Assembly (NCBI GenBank): GCA_032718475.1
Contig: JAUCBJ010002050.1
Span: forward strand, 1-39,835
Source of the DNA: Nemertoderma westbladi
Lineage: Eukaryota; Animalia; Xenacoelomorpha
Direction of reading: 5' to 3'
Length of the DNA: 39,835 nucleotides
In this document: positions 11,479 through 23,891 of the stretch, piece by piece
Numbering within the stretch: position 1 is the stretch's first letter
How the letters are laid out: the number at the start of each line of letters is the position of its first letter
Translations under genes and position numbers: made by a program
The notes under the pieces: model-generated
Told to the model about the DNA's origin: nothing
Database searches by the model: none
Seen by the model: the letters and a program-made list of their open reading frames with translations, nothing else

Positions 11479-12686
11479 CCCTGTTCCGGGCTATAAAATG
11501 CTGTACAAATACCGGGGGTGGGGGGGTCATATTGATATACGATGCTATAAATTCATATTTTCAGGTTTTCTAGGGCGCTGATTCTAATGGAATACATTTG
11601 AAATATGCCAGATCATTGCTACTTGTATTTTTCGGCGTAATTTGGCAAATTTTGCCACTAGCACCAAATTTCGTACCCATCACCAAGAAGTACAAGTTTA
11701 CGATCTCCAGTGCTGTTTTTATTGATTTCATCGGATTAAGGACCCTCATAAACCCGTATAACGCAAGAAACAAGATGATACTATCTACTGATCAATTTAC
11801 TCATTTTCCAAAATTTGGTGCTGGCACAACAATTTTCACCCACCGACGAAAAATACAAGTTTGAAAACTCTTATGAAATTTTTACTGATTCCATTGAATT
11901 CAGAACCCTAACAAACCCATAAAACGCAAGAAACAAGGTGACACAATCAATTGATATATTTGATGGTTTTCAAAATTTGGTGCTAGCACCACATTTTGCA
12001 CCCACTTCCGAAAAATACAAGTTTGAGATGTCTAGTTCGATAATTATATATTCCATTGAATTCAGAACAGCCATAAACCTCTAAAATGCAAGAAATAAAT
12101 TGTCACAAGCAATTTTATCTATTGAATGGATTTTCAAAATTTCGTGCTAGCACCAAAATTTGCATACAGCACCGAAAAATACAAGTTTGATACGCTTGGT
12201 GCAACTCGTATATATTTCATCAAAACCAGAACCACAAAAAACCCCAATTGCGTAAAAAACAAGTTTCAAACAATCAATTTACAAAATTGACATATTTCAA
12301 AACATGGTGCTGGCACCAAAATTTGGCACCCACTGAAAAAAACAAGTTTGAAATTTCTAAATAAATTTATATGAATTCCATCCAATTGCGAGCACAAAAA
12401 CAACGGTGTAAATCAAAAATAGAGATGTTACAATTCATATTTAATGAAATGTAATTTTCAAAAAACGTCTCAAAAAAGTGCCAAAAGTAGGGTTCAAAAA
12501 TGGTGCTATAACTCGAAAACTACCCAATATTTTCGAAAACGGTTTTCACTACTAGGAAGACAATAGATTTTTAGAAAAAGTCATAAAATTTCAGATTCCC
12601 AACTGCGTTTGTTTCAGAATTATAATAAAAAAACCACGGGGAGGGAGGGGGGTCATATTGACCCCCCCCCCCCGGGTTTAATAGGG
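11479..12686. mobile_element. Non-autonomous piggyBac-like DNA transposon with internal ~162-bp tandem repeats, copy-A specific
   Basis: TTAA duplicated at 11475-11478 and 12687-12690, while copy B has a single TTAA (~25170). Termini are CCCTGTT...AATAGGG. GGGGGGTCATATTGA occurs near both ends. No transposase ORF. Confidence 0.88.
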
Positions 12687-13029
12687 TTAATGCGACATTG
12701 ACCTCGTTATGCAATGCTTAGACAAACTATACTATAGAATATTACACTAAATTATATACAATACAATACATAGACGTACACCCAGAGGACTGGCCAGAAG
12801 TAGAGCCAGAGTGATAGTATGAATGACCTCATTCATTGATTAGAATTAATAATAGAGACTCATATAGATCAGTGCTGTAAGTACAAATAGTAAATTATAT
12901 TGGCAATTTACCAACTTGCAGGGGAGGAGTAGTCGTACTTTTGCGTTATTATAGTAGTAGAGATAGTGATATGGTACATTTAACAAAATTTGGGTAGACT
13001 TTCCGAAATTGTTGCACTCGTTTTTTAGG

Positions 13030-13570
13030 GGGTCTTAAACATAGCAACGGAGAAAAGTGCCATAGCAACAACTCTTACAGTAGATATGACGAGTTGAAAT
13101 TTAAGAAAGATTACTATTTTGGATATGAAGAATTTAATGGCATATTTAGTATGTTGAAAATACCATAGCAACCAAGTAAAAACGACCTTCAAAGTTAGAA
13201 GTAGTAGTAGTAGTAATATGTCCAAGTCTAAGGAACAATATGCACTACTTGCTTGCTTGCAGTTACCATGGCAACGTATAACTTTGGCTAGAAACGGGCT
13301 ATATATTAGCCATAGCGTCATTAAAATCAACTATATTGAGTATAACGAATAATATGCAATATGTTTCAGTTTCTAGATGCCATGGCAACTTGTCAGAATT
13401 GTTAACAAATGCCAGCAGAATACTACTGCTGTTGGCTAGAGAGATACGATTGCCTGAATCCAAAACGTAACAAACAGATCTACTCTCTCTAACTGGTGCG
13501 GCAGAAAAACAGTCTGCGAACAAACAAAACTCGCCAGAAAACAACCCCGCACAGCGAATCCTAAACTAAT
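13030..13570. repeat. Repeat relic rich in CCAT(A/G)GCAAC motifs (B counterpart ~25515-26050)
   Basis: CATAGCAAC at ~13040, 13061 and 13164; GTTACCATGGCAAC at 13262-13275; GCCATGGCAAC at ~13378; ends near GC(A/G)CAGCGAATCCTAAACTA. Confidence 0.45.
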
Positions 13571-13974
13571 AACGCTGACGGGCCGGCTATGTCCGTAAAT
13601 ATATTACTGTATAAGGGGCGTAATAATTATATGGGGCGGTGTGATTTATATGGGGTGTGGGTTTGCTAGCTAAATACTAGCAGGCTATTCAGCAGACAAA
13701 AAACCTAGTCTTTATATAATAATACAAAATAAAACAATACAAAGTTCTAGAACGCGTGTGTGTGTCAATTTAAATCGAACAAAAGGCAGTACAAAATAAT
13801 ATTGAACAGTTTACGTAAAAAATATACACCTTTTTTACTATGGGTTGGTGGCGAAAAATTGGGCTGGTAGCTGGTAGGGTGAAAAATTGGGTGTTAGATT
13901 GCTAGAATTGCCTTCTGTACGTGTAGGTCTAATACTCACAAATCGGTTGGTTTAAAAACAGAACTCTACAATAG

Positions 13975-14069
13975 AGCGTTTAATATCTAAATGGGTCATG
14001 AACGCCTTAGAATCTATTTATAGAGTTGGGCGCTATATAAATAATAGTTTATTATTATTATTATTATTA
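13975..14069 (+). mobile_element. Isolated L2-type 3' tail (B counterpart ~26431-26527)
   Basis: CGCCT(T/C)AGAATC...GGGCGCTATATAAAT plus (TTA)n, the same terminal motif as the L2 end at 6765-6835. Confidence 0.65.
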
Positions 14070-14523
14070 AATGCTGAGGGCTCTCCTTCGTATTTGGGAT
14101 TCAATCGGGCATGCAAGGTGTTAGTAACTACGCCTGAATTCGGCAACCTGTCCAGACTATAATTATGAAGGAGAGTGTAGTGCTGTTATTTACTACTGTA
14201 CTGATAGCTAGCCTGGTTTCTAATCTAGAATTTTGTGGTCTAGGTGTTACGGCGGCAGCTCCTACAGTATCACTACTTTGGAAAAGGACACCATATAGTG
14301 TTAGTATAACCATCTTAGCCCTAATGAATGTTTTACACCAAAGTAGCAGTAAACTGCCCTCTGTCTAGTTAAAATAAACTAATACAGGCAGAACAGATGA
14401 CAGCCTACAGCCTACAAAAACAATTTGCTGCTAAAATAGCCACAATGCCGCCAAATACTGACACCAAATACCGCTAAATACGCCCTTGGCCCCTGTAGGA
14501 GTATGAAGGTCAACTGTAGGATT

Positions 14524-14790
14524 TTATACCTGATCACAATCCTCCTTGAGTGTATGATCCAATATTTCAACGTGGCGATTGGCAACGAATGGCTTGAACT
14601 GAACTTTGTCATTGTTGAGGTAGAATAATACCGAAGTAGCATCAGTCCAATATGTGACTTTCAGACTGGCCTCGAACTCACGCTGAACTAACTGAGCAAT
14701 GGTTGTCACTAATGTCACTGCCTGTAACCCTGCCCACGGTATCGTCATGTTCTTCTAAAACATTGTCTCACCTAAACATAAACACCATAA
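14524..14790 (-). pseudogene. BEL/Pao LTR-retrotransposon RNase H fragment (B counterpart ~26985-28000, split by an RTE)
   Basis: TIP...YWTDATSVLFYLNN...FKPFVANRHVEILDHT matches the BEL/Pao TIPRLEL...WTDS..VL....F..FVANRV.EI signature. Confidence 0.8.
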
Positions 14791-16430
14791 ACACATTATA
14801 TAATCAGGATTACGACTCTAACCTTTCTGAGGTCAATGATGAGATTCGATCAAAGTTATGCCAATGTAATGTTTTGAGCAGTAAAATAACTCCTGAGTTA
14901 GTACATGATGCTTTGCACAAGCTACACGACGGTAAATCAGATGTAAACCAGACCTTTGACTCCGGAGTTCTAATAAACTGGGGTCCCTTATTTGAACAAT
15001 GTTTGGCTGAATTATTCAATTCTTTTCTTATCCATGGTTTCGTTTCTAAGTGTTTACTTCTCGTAGCGTTTGTCCCCTTAGTCAAGAATAAATTGTCTGA
15101 CCTCACTGATATATTCAATTACTGGCGATATCTTCTCTACTCATCAAGGCCTTTGAATGGGTGCTGCTGTTGAGTCAAGGTAGTAAGTTGAAGTTCGATG
15201 TTTGGATTTCGTCCCGGTTCAAGCACTGTTATGTGTCCATGGACAGCTGTTGAAGTGATAAAGTATTATTCCCGAAATTCAACGCCAGTGTTTGGATGTT
15301 TACTGGACCTTATAAAAGCATTTGATCTTGTCGAATGGAATAAGTTATTTATAGAACTGTTAAAGAATGGGGTTTGTCCATTATTTGTTAGGTGTTTGGT
15401 TTGGATCTATGTAAACCAATCCTGTTATGTTCGATGGAATAATATATCATCTAGTAAATTTGGGGTGGCTAATGGTGTTCGTCAAGGTTCAATATTACAT
15501 ACATACATATTACACGTTCTACATTATTTTGTGTTATTTTAAATTTACTTATTTTCAAGTTGAGATCATCAAAAGTTGGTTGCCATATCGGTTCATATTA
15601 CTTTGGTGCACTTGATTATGCTATTCTACTATTATGTCCCTATTTTACTGAATTAAAATTTATGGTCGATATCTGTAAGAACTTTTGTAAACATTATCAT
15701 TTACGTCTTTGTACTGATCCAGATCCTAAAAAATTTAAAACAAAATGTATTCCGTTTAACTTTAATTGGTGATCTCCTACATGTAGAATAGTTGTTAATG
15801 ACATTATTACCATGGGGTTAAAGAGGCTGTGCACTTAGGGAATCTTTTGCATTATACTGGTACAACTAGTTACAATATTGATTGTAAACGTGGTGTTTTT
15901 ATTGGTCAATTAGATAACATTAGAAGCGAGTTCAGGTTTGGTGTTCCAGATAATCAACGTCTGTACTGTACCAGTTTTTACTGTAGCCCTCTGTGGAATC
16001 TCGGTTCTAATAATTGTAATAGAATATATACAGCGTGGAACAAAATGTAAGATGGAAGATAATAAAATTAATGTAAAAAATAATGTAAGATATAATAAAA
16101 TTCGCATTCGTTGATTTTCCGCATTCCTGCACTATGTTAAGTAAACGCTTTATTACATTCAAAAATTCAATTATAAATAACAATAGGTTGTGCGTACGGT
16201 TTTTAGGTTATCTAACCATGTTTGTTTGTCATTCTCAATCGGGCACGAATTGTAGGCGCATTGCTAATGATTGTTAACTATTTAATTTAAATAGCGTCAC
16301 TCCAGCCTTGGCAAACCAGTTGTCGTACATTGAAACGCTTGTTAATCATAAGTGGAGAACTCCAGTTTGTAAGGAATTATCTTTAGCTATTATAGAACTC
16401 TTGCCAATCCCAGGGTTCACCAAGGATGAG
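14790..16430 (+). pseudogene. Decayed CR1/L2-group (Daphne-like) LINE reverse transcriptase (copy A)
   Basis: Frameshifted pieces: VPLVKNKLSDLTD..NY, FGFRPGSSTVMC, LLDLIKAFDLV, GVRQGSIL, HLGNLL, LYCTSFYCSPLW. Boundaries are approximate. Confidence 0.8.
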
Positions 16431-17850
16431 TTGATCGCAATGCGTAACTTTGTCTCGTCGTATTAAATTATATTTAACATTATTTCTACGAATTATTTTT
16501 ATTATTCGAAGATGAAGCAGATACAACAGCACCTCCACCAGAAAATCTAATATGCGAGTCTGACTGAATTTGAACCATATTCGATGACGGACCAGATACA
16601 ACAGCACTGCCACAGGAAACTCTTCTAACTGACACTACTTCATTCTAACCATATTCGAAATATTTTGTAGTTTGTTCTAGTAACACTTTCACCTCCTTTG
16701 TATTTATAGAGAATATAGAGCATTGTCTTTTACCTTCACTATTGTGCCACATTCACGTGATGATTTGTCATTGTGACAAATAAAGGTGTCACTTTTCACC
16801 TAGCATTCCATTTTTAAATACCTTTAATTCAATACATTCAATACACACATAATTTTGTTTGATTTGAATTAATTACAATAAATGAAGTAAAAATGCAGAA
16901 TACATTCCGCAATAATACAAATATTCTGTTACATAAAGTAGTTAGTTATCTTATTAATTATAAAGTAGTTAGTTATCTTATTAATTAAAATACATAACCT
17001 ACACTACTGACAGACTGATGAACACAGAATGCAAAAAAAAATGAGACAAAAATAATCACTGAATTAACGTACTAATATGTAATGGTAATCAATGAATGAA
17101 TGTATGAATAGGTAGTTTTGAGTCACCTTGGCCTGACTCAGTACTGCTGTACTACAGTACATAATGGTATGTATGTTTCTCTGGTTTTGTCCTGTACACA
17201 CATAAAACAGTCCTTGGACTACCCAACTAGCCTCACTGGACTACAAGTATCTATAGAATAGACTAGAGCTACTGGTAGGCCTACATCTTCTGAATTGCTG
17301 CTACAGTATGTTGACCAGACCGCTACTGAAAAAAACACTTGTCTACCAGATGGACTTATTAGTACATTTGGATTTATTGCTTTGGTACTAAGTCAATTTT
17401 CTTTCAATGCTATTTTATAATATTTTTTAATATTGCTACACAATGTCTTTTATGTCTGAACTTTAAACCTTAAATTAATTTTAGGAGTTATTAAAGCGGG
17501 AACATGGTAAGTTTGGATATAGAGGTATTCATTCTGCAATAAATCTTTCAAAAGTCAATATTGGCAGTCAATTTTACATTTAGAGGGAAAGGACACATTC
17601 CATTTAGCAAATTCACCACAATTATTACCTCTATTAATAAATTTGGCAACACCATTTACATATTCATGGAGGTTTGCTGGGGTAATTTGGGACAAGTCTT
17701 TTCTTAACTTTGATTGCAGTGGGGTTTGGTGGGTTGCTTAAATTGTAGGCCTGCACTTAACTTCACACTTTCTATGCCTATTTTAAATGCTGTAGGGCTG
17801 TCGGGTCGGGTAGACTTTCTAGCCGTAACCAGTAAGTGTAAAGGTGTTTG

Positions 17851-19475
17851 CTTTCAGACATTTCGCACATGAGATGACAGATAACCTTATTCAATTATTC
17901 ACATAGATGCAAGAGGTAGTATAGTAGGGCCCATAGTACTGTACATATTTTGCCAAGATTCAGTTTATGATAAACAAATTAAAATCATGGAAATGGAAGT
18001 AGGTTTTCATTTTCGGGCCTAGATACAGTACATTCCAAGACTCAGCTTAAACAGATTAAGATGAAGGAAATGGAGACATGGGTAAGCGGAAGATATTTTT
18101 CATACATTTTTCCCTCTAGCAGCAGACTGGAGAACTGCAGCCCAATTACTGACCCCACCAAGCAGCCAAGACACATCAGCAGCAGCACACCGCATGATGT
18201 ATTCTAAACAGAGCTCATACTGATACATACATAGAAAGACAGACATACAACATATTTGACAAGTTTCAGTTTGAATTGAACGGATCATATATTATGGAAT
18301 GAGTCAAGGATGTCACTTTCAGACATTTCGCCCTCTAGCGGCAGAATGGAGAACCCGATAACCTTCTTCACAAAGATTCAACATGCGGACATGTGGTATA
18401 TTTAGTAGGGCTTATACTGTAGTTCATACTTTGCCAAGATTCAGCTTAAGGTAAACGAATTAGAAACACGGAAATAGGAGAAGGTTTTTACTTTCAGACA
18501 CTTAGCCCTCTAGCATCAGACTGGAGAACTGCAGATGAATCACCTTCCATTCTTCCTCAAAACGACATAGCGACAGCATGTAGTCGTTGTCTGGTACTTA
18601 TATTCTAAGACTCTGAAATGAATGTGTACAAGAAGTAAATGGGTACAGGCTATATGGCTGTATGGGAAGTGGAAGGTTTATCACTTTCATACATTTTTCC
18701 CTCAAGCGGAAGTCTGGAGAACTGCAGACTAATTACCGACTGACTCCACCAAGACACAGCAGCAGCAGCAAACTGACTGACTGACGCAGGATGTATTCTA
18801 GCTGAGCACATACTGGCATACAGACAGACCTACAACATACAGTATTTGACAAGTTTCTTATATTAATAAATTATACTAACTCTTTAGAACCCCTAACAGT
18901 TACGGAAATTTCGCGATGAATTATGTCTTTGTTGAATTCTGGCTACTTTTATAGGAAATATTATTGCTGGTTACAAAATTCAGCATCAACGCCCCGCCAA
19001 CATGTTATGCTGCCTTCTGTCTCGGAATGCCTTCTATTACCAGAGAACCTAACCAACCTAAAGAAATAACGATCAGACTGACGATCAGAATACATAATAC
19101 TGTACAGTATATACTGTAACCAGCGACAATCAAAAACTGGCTTACTTGATAGGGCCTTCAAATAATGCAATCTTTTAAATAATTTATTTGGTTGTTTTTA
19201 AATTAGAAAATTAAAATTAAATTTGATAAATTTAAATGAAAAATAAAATTAATAAAATGGCGAAGGTTAACAGTTTTAAACATTTGGCCCACTAGCGGCA
19301 GACTAGCGGTAAGTTTTCAACGCGATTGATTTAAATCCGACAATATATTATGATGTCAAAATGGTACTGAATACCCTAATGCAGACGACTACAACAACTA
19401 TTTGCTATTATTGACCCATCCCGACAGTGTCAGTTTGCTAACGTTTCTTCAACTTCGTGGCTCGCCCCAAATTAA
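17851..19475. repeat. Same CTCF-motif repeat element (copy B)
   Basis: Duplicate of 1298-2933. Confidence 0.7.
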
Positions 19476-19774
19476 TCTTGTATTGCTTCCTCTTAGGTAT
19501 CATTATTTATTCGAGAATTTTCATTGGACTCAATTAATAGTGGTTACATTTTGAGAATGTCAATGGGTCCCAGTAACATTAACTACGGTATCCATTGCAG
19601 TAGCATCTACCAGTAACCTTTACTTTTCAGTTTGTGGTACCTGTTCGGTACAGCTGTAGTTAAATTCAGACTTTCTGCCATCAATTAATTACGTTACCAG
19701 TTTAAAAATACAGACAAACTGACACTGTTAAGATAGAATCTCCGTTAATCTTTATTTAGATTTGCAGTTTGAAT

Positions 19775-20021
19775 GGGAGAATCTTTTAGGCTAGTTTAGC
19801 CAAGGAATGACTGTTCACCACCATGGGTGATCTTCCACAGTAAACCCTTTCACTCGGTATCCCAAGTTGCCTTGGTTCCCATTTATCGACCACTGAAGGA
19901 TGAAAGCCGGGGTTGGGCTAGGCTGCAGCATTTAAAGCACTGCGCCCAAACAGTGCTGCCCCATCTAGGGATCGAACCCGGGCTCCCTAATCGGAAGCAC
20001 AGTAATGTCACCACTAGACCA
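19775..20021 (-). mobile_element. Same SINE (copy B)
   Basis: Duplicate of 3230-3476 with the same TSD (19758-19774, 20022-20038), so the insertion predates the duplication. Confidence 0.85.
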
Positions 20022-23000
20022 AGATTTGCAGTTTGAATAAACGGATACCGCACCGGTAGCAGCTGTAGCCTATTTGTTTTCCTTAAACAATTATAAATAT
20101 TAAGAACAACGTAGTGCCGGCTGTACTTCAGGCCTGTACCGCAGGCCTACCGGAACCGGGTACCGGTAATTAATTACTGAATTAGGATTATTAAATTATT
20201 ACTGTATTATTAAACACTGGCTTTACTATAATTCTGCCGTTTATCCTATTTTTCCAGCATTTATTTAAGTTAAAAAGTGTTACCAGAGCAGCTCTTAGCT
20301 ATAGAATAAAGCAGTTACTTTTATTTCATTTTTTTTTATCGGTGGTTAACAAGGCGTTTTAGAACTACAAGGCCATGCAGCCTTGTGGAACTGGAGCCGG
20401 ACTGGAGGCAAACTATTTTTTGTTATATTTCATAATTTATAATCACTCATTTTTAAAATACTATAACAAAGTTTAAAATATTTTATTCTGGAAATATAAT
20501 TATTATAAAATAAATTATTAAAAATAATATTCATAAATAAATTATTGCGCTGTACTTGTGTTTTCAATAAGGCGTTCTAAACTGTCTAAACCGTTCTAAA
20601 ATTTACTAGCTAATTTCAATGTTTAATTTACAAAGCAAAAACACACTGGAAATTTAATGTAATTGCCAAATTAATACATTTCTACTATAAAATGAACGAA
20701 TTTTGTTCCTTTAACACAGCCTATCAAATTGATTGCATGTTAAATATTCTAGAACGTTTGCTAGTATGTTAATATAAAATATATTTATACTAAATATATT
20801 TATTATTTTATTTATGTTCTAGAACAGTGTATAATAATAATATTTTGTTCTAGCTACCATGCATTTTACTAGCTATCATAATAATTTAATTGAAATATTT
20901 AATAGTTTTATAAATATTTTTGTATAGTTGCTAATGATTTTGCAACCGTTTCGTATGCCAGTACTTATTTTTTCTACAAAATGTCTTATTTTATAAATAA
21001 CGTATTTTTGGGGCAACAGGGCTACTAGGGCGTGAATTTCAGCTAAAATGTTGATATTTTGTATTTGCTATGAATATTCTTCAATACTATACTATACCTT
21101 AATTACCCTAACATCTATAATTAAGAAATCAAATAAAAAGGATGGCATGGATAATACAAAATAATCAATATATAATTTATTATGAAGTGAAATTAATAGT
21201 ATCTTTCTCTCCTAGGTCGACTAAGACCCTACTCTCTTATGTAATTCTTCCCTAAACAATTAACCCTAAACCTGTGGCTGCATTCTCGAACTTAAACCCA
21301 GATCGCCAATCGCCATTTAGAATTTGATCGTTGATCCCCTGATGCAGTTCCCTGTAGCCAAAATACAGCAAAGAAACCTATGCCCTTTATTCATCCCATT
21401 ACTACTCGAAATCGGTTATAATAATTATATTTCTAGAATGCTACTTCCTACAATAAGTTATATTATTCGTAATATAATAGAGGCTCCAGCCTATGCCCCG
21501 TAGGAATTTTAAATATGACTCAGCTATCCTACATAGATGTTTAGTACAGACCCAGGCTGCCCCCTGGCCATAACCACTCCTCAAAGTCACTGTGGTGATG
21601 TGTTGTGGACCGTCTCCAGTACTCGACTGCCCTTCCATTGGGGTTGTCTGCAAATACAATTAATAAAATACGGTGAGTGGTGATCATAAAAAAATAGGTA
21701 AAACGCAATCAACTACATATAATTTCTATGTCAAATTAAATGACTGTTTAAATAATTAAATGTATTTGTATCAAAACTTGGGAGAATTCCTCAAATTTAT
21801 TGGGCTACCTACAAACCTTAGCAAATAACCTCAATCTAGATTTGTACTTTGCGCGGCCATAGCATGACAATTTGCATTTTTTTTCTTAATAATGTAACTG
21901 TTGGGTTTTGCGCGGTTTTGATGGCACCGGAGCCCCATTGCTAATATAATAGGTTTACAGCTGAAGTGCGCGAAATATTCAAATGTCCAATGTGGAAAGC
22001 CCTTTATACTTGAGCAATTAAAAGTGACAAGTGAAGAGCAAACTCAAACTGCTATGCTTAGCAGTAAACAACTTAAATCCGACGCCACCCCGCCCCCACG
22101 AGAAGAAAATTAAGTTTAATTAGGACAAGTATATTTAATGACGTCATGTATTGCAAACGTGATCATTCCTTCAGAATTTGACTCCAAACAAAGAGTAATC
22201 TGCTATCGTAATGTATAAATCTCAAAACCATCAAAAATCTAATTAATTTACATTTGAAACTGACATGAATCAATTTGTCTTGACTAACCCATTTCATTGC
22301 ATCATCGGTTACGTTCTGGCCATATATTTTCGAGTTACTTTTTTTCATGTTTATCGGTTGGTTTCAGTAATCCCTATGAACTAGTTTTCATTGTTCTTGT
22401 AAAAACCACCAATACGCGTGGGTGGATAGTTGCGGGTGAAGTGATGGAGGTCAACTGCAGGTCACGTGATATATAATACCTTAGATATCCAATTAATTAT
22501 CGGTTATATTCATAGTAGGTTTGTAATTAAATTATTAAGGCAAGTGAAACAGCGTTTAACAAACGAATGATAAACTTAATCGTTTCAAGCTTATACTCAG
22601 ACAAAAAACAATCTGAGTTTATTGATAAGATAGCTTCCAGCCGAAATGATAAGATGTCGGCCCAGAAATATACACCCCGAATAGCATGGCATATACACCT
22701 ACAAGATTTATAGATTCATAGCACGGCCTTATAGCGTCTTGACCAGTTCATTACAGCTGCGGTTCTAATAATTACCAACTTGAATGAACACTGCGCGTGT
22801 AACATTTATATGTCCGAACCACGGAAAGTATTAAAATCCGAAGGAATGGAACCGGGAGAACGTGCGTGAACCTATTAAAGTAGCTCGATTTATTGGTGTG
22901 ACGTCACAAGAAAACTTATATGCGAGTGCAAGTAGGTCACTATTCCGTATCCCCGGTACGTTAATACGTATTACCGAATATGTCACATTTTGAACATCCG

Positions 23001-23254
23001 AGCATGCCTATAATCTTCTCGTAAAATGTAGCGGATCATGCTACTAATTCCACATCGATGCCAGTATAGTATCATGTGCTAGATGTTGGAATATCATATA
23101 CGAAACTTTCACGAGCAAAATCTATAGCATATTTTTATGGAAATCAATGAAAACAAATACAATTTATCGTAAGAGTTTAAACGGAGCAATGGATGGGTGG
23201 TGTATAGAAAAAAACTCAGTTTTTGGCTATATTTCGATCTCCTTACGGATGACC

Positions 23255-23377
23255 TATGCTATTAGCAGTCAGCCAGCTTCAGTCATCATTTATAAGTATT
23301 GATTTAATTATGAAAGTGTATTGCAATTTCTTATTTGTTTGATTGGAGAAATAAATATAATGATAATGATAATGATA
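23255..23377 (+). mobile_element. 123-bp 3' tip of a LINE, copy-B specific
   Basis: TSD ATGACC at 23249-23254 and 23378-23383. Ends in AATAAA plus (ATAATG)n. Absent from A at ~9680. Confidence 0.8.
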
Positions 23378-23669
23378 ATGACCGTCTTCAGGCTGTAATT
23401 TAATAACCGGTACGTTGGCCTATCAGAAATTATAAATTGCACAAATTTGAAAATACCGCTAAAGGTCAAATTGAAAACATTACATGGAGTTAATAGTCTA
23501 CTGTAGAATTAATGAGCGAAGATGATATGTGTGAAAGGATAGGTGTATAATTAAATTATTACTATTATTTTGTTCTAATTTACACCACCCATCCATTGCT
23601 CCGTTTAAACTCCTATGTTAATTCGACATGGATGTTAGACCACTTAAATACAACTTATTATTATTATAG

Positions 23670-23891
23670 ATGATCATCTTTATTGTATTGACGCTGCTTC
23701 TCTTTTGGGGCTTCGGACTAAGCGACCCTTCATGTTGTTTCGAATACACATTGGCAAGACGTCCCAGTTCCTGTAAATGTCCGGAGTTGGACAACCTTAC
23801 GTACTGGACCGTGGACGTGGGAAAGAGGTCAGACGGGGGCCACGACCAACGGTTACAAAGGAAACGCTGGAAACCATTTATTTTGAAATAA
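23670..23891 (+). CDS. Secreted Cys-rich amidated peptide precursor (copy B)
   Basis: Intact paralog with three substitutions in 222 nt: one synonymous (ATA/ATC), P21S, and H to R giving RKR. Confidence 0.75.
   Translation: MIIFIVLTLLLFWGFGLSDPSCCFEYTLARRPSSCKCPELDNLTYWTVDVGKRSDGGHDQRLQRKRWKPFILK

Larger units (their letters stand above)
1123..17676 (+). repeat. Tandem segmental duplication, copy A
   Basis: Begins GCTGGGGTAATTTGGGACAAGTCTTTTC (1123) and ends CATATTCATGGAGGTTTG (17676). Colinear with 17676-33261 throughout (initial offset 16553), apart from TE insertions and small indels. Confidence 0.95.

Noticed and set aside
16934-16987. 27-bp local tandem duplication in copy A only
   Set aside because: An ordinary slippage event with no sign of function.
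22618-22730. 113-bp segment present only in copy B, as a TE insertion
   Set aside because: No TSD, tail or TIR. More likely a deletion in copy A at ~9163.
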